Of a DNA stretch of 8,131 nt, positions 4,087 to 8,131 are shown one piece after another. A program made the translations under genes and the position numbers. How positions within the stretch are numbered: the stretch's first letter is position 1; each line of letters begins with the position of its first letter. The DNA is taken from contig CAZFVS010000048.1 in the NCBI GenBank assembly GCA_964522265.1, positions 1-8,131 of the forward strand. Reading direction: 5' to 3'. The stretch is from an uncultured Gammaproteobacteria bacterium (GTDB lineage: Bacteria; Patescibacteriota; Microgenomatia; Daviesbacterales; UBA10151). Below the pieces are notes generated by a model that searched no databases, was not told the origin of the DNA, and saw only the letters and a list, made by a program, of their open reading frames with translations.

Positions 4087-6322
4087 TAATGCCAGGCCAT
4101 TTGGAGAGCATGATTGATTGTTCTGTATGAGGAAGTTTTCTCCAAAACTCTTCTGTTAAAAAGGGTATGAATGGGTGGAGGAGTTGCAGTGATGTTTTTA
4201 AGACATATTCTAAGGTGGGTTGTGCCTCAGCACGCCTTTTTTTTGTGTTTTCAATATAAATATCGGCAAAATCATGCCAGATAAAGTCATAAAGTTTTTC
4301 AGTAGCTAAATGAAGGTTGAAAAATTCTATATTTTTGGTTACTTCTGATATTGTTTGATTTAGTTGCTTGAGAATTTTTTGGTCATCAGAGTGAAGCCGT
4401 TCGGGGTCCTGTCGGACTTTACCCCCATCCGATGTCCTCACTTCGTTGCGGGCACTCGATGGGGGTCCCCCAAGTCCGCCACCCCTCGCCACTTCTCCTG
4501 GAACCAAATCCACCACAAACCTGGTGATGTTTCTTATTTTTGTACCAAAGTTTCTGTAATTTTTACATCTTTCATCCATGATCTGTCTTGACGTCTTAGC
4601 ATCCCGTCCAGGAGCGCAGTAGCTGTAAAGTGCCATCCTGGTTGCATCGGTTCCCCACTGCTTAACAAGTTCATAAGGATCAATACCGTTTCCGAGGGAT
4701 TTGGAGAACTTTCTGCCCTGCAAATCCCTGATCATGCCATGGAAGAACATGTTTTTAAACGGTATTTCATCCATAAACCAAACTCCAAGCATAATCATTC
4801 TGGCTATCCATAAATATTTGATCTCCGGGGCTGTCAGTTCAAAATTCCACGGATAGTACCTTTGAAGCTCTTTTGTCCGGTTTGGCCCGCCTTCGTTATG
4901 ACTACGACGGGTAGACCAGTCTAAGGTAGCCATGGGCCAAAGACCCGAGGAAAACCAGGTGTCAAGTACCTGCTCGTCCTGAACCCATCTTGAGAGCTGG
5001 CAGGTCTGGCATTTTTTAATTTCACCTGAATCAGGATCTTTTGGCTCATCCAGTGAAATTACCATGTCTTTGTCTTTGCCTACTTCATGATTGGGGTTGC
5101 ATTTTTGACAGTACCAGACCGGAATCCGGTGGCCCCACCAAAGAGAGCGGGAAATTGACCAGTCATGCACGTCTTTGATCCAATCTGATATAATCTTGTT
5201 GTAATTTTTAGGCACAAAATTGATTTTATGAATATGTTTTAGGGCTTTTTGAGCCAAAGGCTGCATTTTAACAAACCATTCCTCAGAGATTAAAGGTTCA
5301 ATGGTTGTTTTGCAGCGCTCGCAAACCGGAACTGAATGGGTATATTCCTCAACTTTTTCGAAAGCTGCTGATTTTTCCAGTTTTTCCGCAGCCTTTTCCC
5401 TGGCCTCATTAACTTTAAGCCCGGTAAGATCATCCGCCAATTCAGTCATACGGCCGAGTTTATCAACGCAGTGCAAAATAGGCAGTCCGTGTTCTTTGCC
5501 GATTTCATAATCAAGCGGGTCATGGCCGGGTGTAATCTTTAAAGCACCGGTTCCAAAATCTTTTTCAACACGTTTATCTTCAAAGATTGGGATTTTATTT
5601 CCGTTTAAGGGGTTGATGGCAACTTTTCCGATAAATTTTGCAAATTTGGGGTGCTTTGGGTAAACCGCGATTCCTGTATCAGCGTAAATAGTCTCAGGTC
5701 TGGCGGTGGATATGGTAATAAATTCTGCTGTTTTATCAATTTGGTATTTAACATAAAAAAGTTTTTCCTTTCTTTCCTCGTATTCCATCTCTAAATCTTC
5801 AATCGCTGTCTGGTCTTTGGGGCACCACTGGACAATGTAGGCACCTTTATAGAGTAAATCCTGGTCCCAAAATGTTTTAAATTCCGCCAAAACAGCTTGT
5901 TGGACTTTTGGCTCCAGGGTAAAAACTTCTCTTGACCAATCAGCAGAGAGTCCCATCAACTTCCAGGTATCATGGAAAGCCTGGTAATTTTCGTCTTTAA
6001 ACTGCCAGGCTTGTTTCATCCATTCCTCCCGCCCCAATTTTTGCTTACTTAAACCCTCTTTTTCCAAAAGTTTGTTTAAAGTCCCCTCAAAAAGTATTCC
6101 GGCATGGTCAACACCGGGAAGCAGCAGGACATCAAACCCCTGCATTCTTTTAAAACGGGCAACGGCATCCAGGATTGCATGCTGCATGGCGTGACCCAGA
6201 TGCAGGGGCCCATTAACATTTGGCGGAGGGATTAAAAGAGAATAAGGTGTGTTGGTAGAATTTGGGTTTGCCTGAAAAAGATTTAATTTCTCCCAAAACT
6301 GATAAATAGATTTTTCGTCCAT
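4076..6322 (-). CDS. valS: Valyl-tRNA synthetase, short form without the C-terminal coiled-coil.
   Basis: HIGH motif HLGH at 6191-6202 and KMSKS motif KFSKS at 4697-4711, both verified by reverse-complementing. Editing-domain motifs are present ([34 protein letters not shown]), as are Cys knuckles CERCKT and CQKC...CQTC. The ATG at 6320-6322 is preceded by AGGAAG (6327-6332). The ORF-track TTG at 6361 has no SD but cannot be excluded. Confidence 0.95.
   Translation of the reverse strand: [748 protein letters not shown]
4403..4485. repeat. GC-rich imperfect palindrome inserted in-frame in valS.
   Basis: Paired arms: gggg (4403-4406)/cccc (4482-4485); cggactt (4413-4419)/aagtccg (4472-4478); cccccatc (4422-4429)/gatggggg (4458-4465). 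By hand count, 60 of 90 bases in 4401-4490 are G or C, against AT-rich flanks. It encodes [35 protein letters not shown]. Confidence 0.6.
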
Positions 6323-6364
6323 ATAACTTCCTATTATCTCAAAAGATTTAAGATTATCCAAGGT

Positions 6365-6925
6365 TTAAGAGACAAGCGTAATACGGCAGATCTCCGAGAG
6401 ATCAAAAGGGACCTTTTGGTAATGGTTATTACCGTCTATAAATGCGACAATCAGTTCATTTTTATTATTCCGGGTAACGCTTATCACTTTTGTTGTCTGA
6501 AAATTAGCAACTGAACTTGTAGTTTCTATAGTAAAACCTGTGACCCCTCCGATTTCAAGCAGTAACCTATTAGCGCGGATATTATTTTTTGTATTATGGT
6601 TGGATGCTGTCCCATATGCCTCCAAATATACTTTGCCTGGATTGGGTCTCCGGTATCTTTTTAGAGTAGGCCATTTTGAACAGTCTTCCAGGACTCTTCT
6701 TTCCGGGGATTCAGATGCAGATTGGTGTTCCTTAAAAACTAAACTATCACCATCAAATTCATCAACCTGGAGGTTAAGTTTTCTGAAGCTTAATTTCTTA
6801 ATTTCACCGGAGTCTTTATCTAATATTATTTTGAAACGGTCATATGTCCCTTCTAAAATAGGGTGGACCAGATCGTTAATCCATAACCTGCTATTTAGAG
6901 AGATAAAAAACTCTTTTTCTTGCAT
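6365..6925 (-). CDS. Hypothetical protein, 186 aa, no recognisable family.
   Basis: ATG-to-TAA ORF between tsaD and valS on the same strand. A near-consensus promoter lies immediately upstream. Lys/Glu/Asn-rich composition is typical of this genome's genes, whereas the overlapping plus-strand ORF (6540-6953) is Ser/Leu-rich and looks like a shadow. Confidence 0.6.
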   Translation of the reverse strand: MQEKEFFISLNSRLWINDLVHPILEGTYDRFKIILDKDSGEIKKLSFRKLNLQVDEFDGDSLVFKEHQSASESPERRVLEDCSKWPTLKRYRRPNPGKVYLEAYGTASNHNTKNNIRANRLLLEIGGVTGFTIETTSSVANFQTTKVISVTRNNKNELIVAFIDGNNHYQKVPFDLSEICRITLVS

Positions 6926-6940
6926 GACTATTTTAAGCGA

Positions 6941-6969
6941 ATTTTATAGATAACTACTTAATGTGTCAA
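6941..6969 (-). promoter_or_regulatory. Near-consensus sigma70 promoter for orf186, and probably valS.
   Basis: The minus strand reads TTGACA (6964-6969)-17 nt-TAAAAT (6941-6946), then 15 nt without an SD, then ATG (6923-6925). Confidence 0.5.
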
Positions 6970-6980
6970 TACTAGAGATA

Positions 6981-8131
6981 TTAAAAGAGACTTAAATTAG
7001 GATCGGCCTGGATTGTAAGGGGGTTTTGTGGTTTTTCAAAAAATGCGCGTGAGGCAATCATTGCTGCATTGTCGGTACAAAGATAAGGAGGAGGAACCAG
7101 TATGCGGATTTCGGATTTCAAATTTCGGAGTTCGGATTTTAAATCAGCAGTAAGTTTTTTATTTGCTGCAACACCGCCTGCAGTAATAATTTGTTCAACA
7201 TTATATTTTTGGGCAGCCATAATAGTCTTTTTGACAAGTACATCTGTGATAGCCTGTTCAATAGAAGCACAGAGGTTATTCCGGAACGACTCGGAAAGAC
7301 CCCATGATTCAGAATTTCGGATTATCTGACTACCAAACTGACTAGTTTTCTGATTTTCTGAGTAATTCTGAGTTTTCTGAACCAGATTTGCTACCGCAGT
7401 TTTTAAGCCTGAGAACGAAAAATCAAAATCATTTGAGTCTATCATCGGACGGGGTAATTTGAACCTAAAGGCGTCCCCTTTCCTGCCTGTCGGCAAGGCA
7501 AGCGAGGCTAGTTTGGAAATTTGGGGGCCGCCTGGGTAAGGCAGGCCTAAAAGCCGGGCGCATTTATCAAAACATTCCCCTGCAGCATCATCCCTGGTGC
7601 CGCCTAAATATTGGTAGCTATGGTGGTTTTTCATTAAAATTAGGTCAGTATGCCCTCCAGAGACAAGCAAGCCAATACAGGGAAATTTAGGAATCCCAAA
7701 AACGTCATTGCGAGGAGGGGGTGGAGCGACCGACGTGGCAATCTGAGCTGTTGTTAGAGTTTGCTTCGCCACTTCGTGGTCTCGCAATGACGAAGGAAAG
7801 ATCCAACTTGCGTAAAAATGACCCATGAGGTGGTTGATAGGGATCAGGGGTTTATTCCAAACCAGCGAGAGTGTTTTGGCTGTCTCAACACCCACCAGAA
7901 GAGAACCGATTAAGCCCGGGCCTTGAGTGACGGCGATAGCATCAATAGCCGGACGGTGGATGGTGGAAGACAGAAGATGGTTTTTTGAGGACGGAGGGTA
8001 GAGGTTGGATTGGACCAATACTTCTTGAATAACAGGGATGATGCTTTTGATCTGCTCCCTGGCTGCCTGCTCAGGGATAATACCTCCATATTTTGCCTGC
8101 AAGTCAGCTGAGGATGCTACAATATTGGATA
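6981..8131 (-). CDS. tsaD: tRNA N6-adenosine threonylcarbamoyltransferase TsaD (Kae1/Qri7 family). The N-terminus runs off the window.
   Basis: Motifs [84 protein letters not shown] and CTDNAAMIA are present. The frame stays open upstream of the track's TTG at 8102 (..[16 protein letters not shown]), which matches the conserved TsaD N-terminal region. Confidence 0.95.
   Translation of the reverse strand, partial: [382 protein letters not shown]
7105..7139. repeat. Five tandem heptanucleotide units inside the tsaD coding sequence.
   Basis: cggattt (7105-7111) cggattt (7112-7118) caaattt (7119-7125) cggagtt (7126-7132) cggattt (7133-7139). It encodes [12 protein letters not shown] on the minus strand. 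Confidence 0.7.
7346..7380. repeat. Four imperfect tandem copies of ttttctga(g) inside tsaD.
   Basis: tctga occurs at 7349-7353, 7357-7361, 7367-7371 and 7376-7380, with spacings of 8, 10 and 9 nt (27 nt in total, so in frame). It encodes [14 protein letters not shown]. Confidence 0.6.
7703..7792. mobile_element. 90-nt palindrome-bounded GC-rich element inserted in-frame in tsaD (MITE/RPE-like).
   Basis: The terminal inverted repeats are perfect: cgtcattgcgag (7703-7714) and ctcgcaatgacg (7781-7792). The length is exactly 30 codons. By hand count, 52 of 90 bases are G or C. It encodes [30 protein letters not shown], which is absent from E. coli TsaD at this position. Confidence 0.65.

Noticed and set aside
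6323-6361. TTG start at 6361 for valS and TTG start at 8102 for tsaD, as given in the ORF track.
   Set aside because: For valS, the ATG at 6322 has an AGGAAG SD, while the TTG has none. I kept the TTG as an alternative, not excluded. For tsaD, the frame remains open to the window edge and the upstream residues [10 protein letters not shown] match the conserved TsaD N-terminal region, so the TTG is internal.
3574-7329. Antisense ORFs 1972-2166, 3574-3762, 4364-4591, 5301-5510, 6540-6953 and 7102-7329.
   Set aside because: Each lies wholly inside a longer, family-assignable or better-supported gene on the opposite strand. Each has the Ser/Leu/Phe-rich composition typical of antisense shadows.
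7105-7380. Short repeats in tsaD as a CRISPR array.
   Set aside because: The units are 7-10 nt with no spacers of 25-40 nt, and they lie inside an intact conserved coding frame.
7486-7493. 8-mer cctgtcgg shared between tsaD (7486-7493) and the valS insert (4408-4415).
   Set aside because: A single shared 8-mer within 8 kb is expected by chance, so I did not use it as evidence for a repeat family.
1-8131. Alternative genetic code with UGA reassigned (code 25 or 4), as in some CPR lineages.
   Set aside because: All conserved genes are intact under the standard code. TGA is used as a terminator: the DUF218 gene at 2470-2472, and the antitoxin at 2733-2735 in a classic ATGA overlap.

Overview
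AT-rich bacterial window. The gene content suggests an uncultivated CPR/Patescibacteria-like genome (abundant DUF4012 family, short ValRS), but that is inference only. The standard genetic code fits: intact ORFs end in TAA or TGA. Gene order: DUF4012 protein (5' end off-window, interrupted by an in-frame TAG) > ribosomal protein L25/Ctc with a long acidic tail > 240-nt structured spacer > DUF218/YdcF-like protein. All remaining genes are on the minus strand: RelE/ParE toxin < Phd/YefM antitoxin < orphan 140-aa HExxH zincin-like protein < BrnA-like antitoxin < BrnT-like toxin < valyl-tRNA synthetase < unknown 186-aa protein < TsaD (N-terminus off-window). Five observations stand out. (1) GC-rich, palindromic insertions sit in-frame inside the essential genes tsaD (exactly 90 nt, bounded by perfect 12-bp inverted repeats) and valS. 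This resembles Rickettsia palindromic elements. (2) tsaD also carries a 5x7-nt tandem repeat and a repeat-built loop expansion. (3) A 1.6-kb toxin-antitoxin islet has three promoters with identical geometry (-10 box, 6 nt, start codon), which implies leaderless mRNAs. One of them has its -35 box built from the last valS codons. (4) An in-frame TAG splits the DUF4012 gene, yet 66 further codons stay open. (5) Two proteins have no recognisable family: the HExxH protein and the 186-aa ORF. No rRNA, tRNA, CRISPR array, transposase or integrase was seen.
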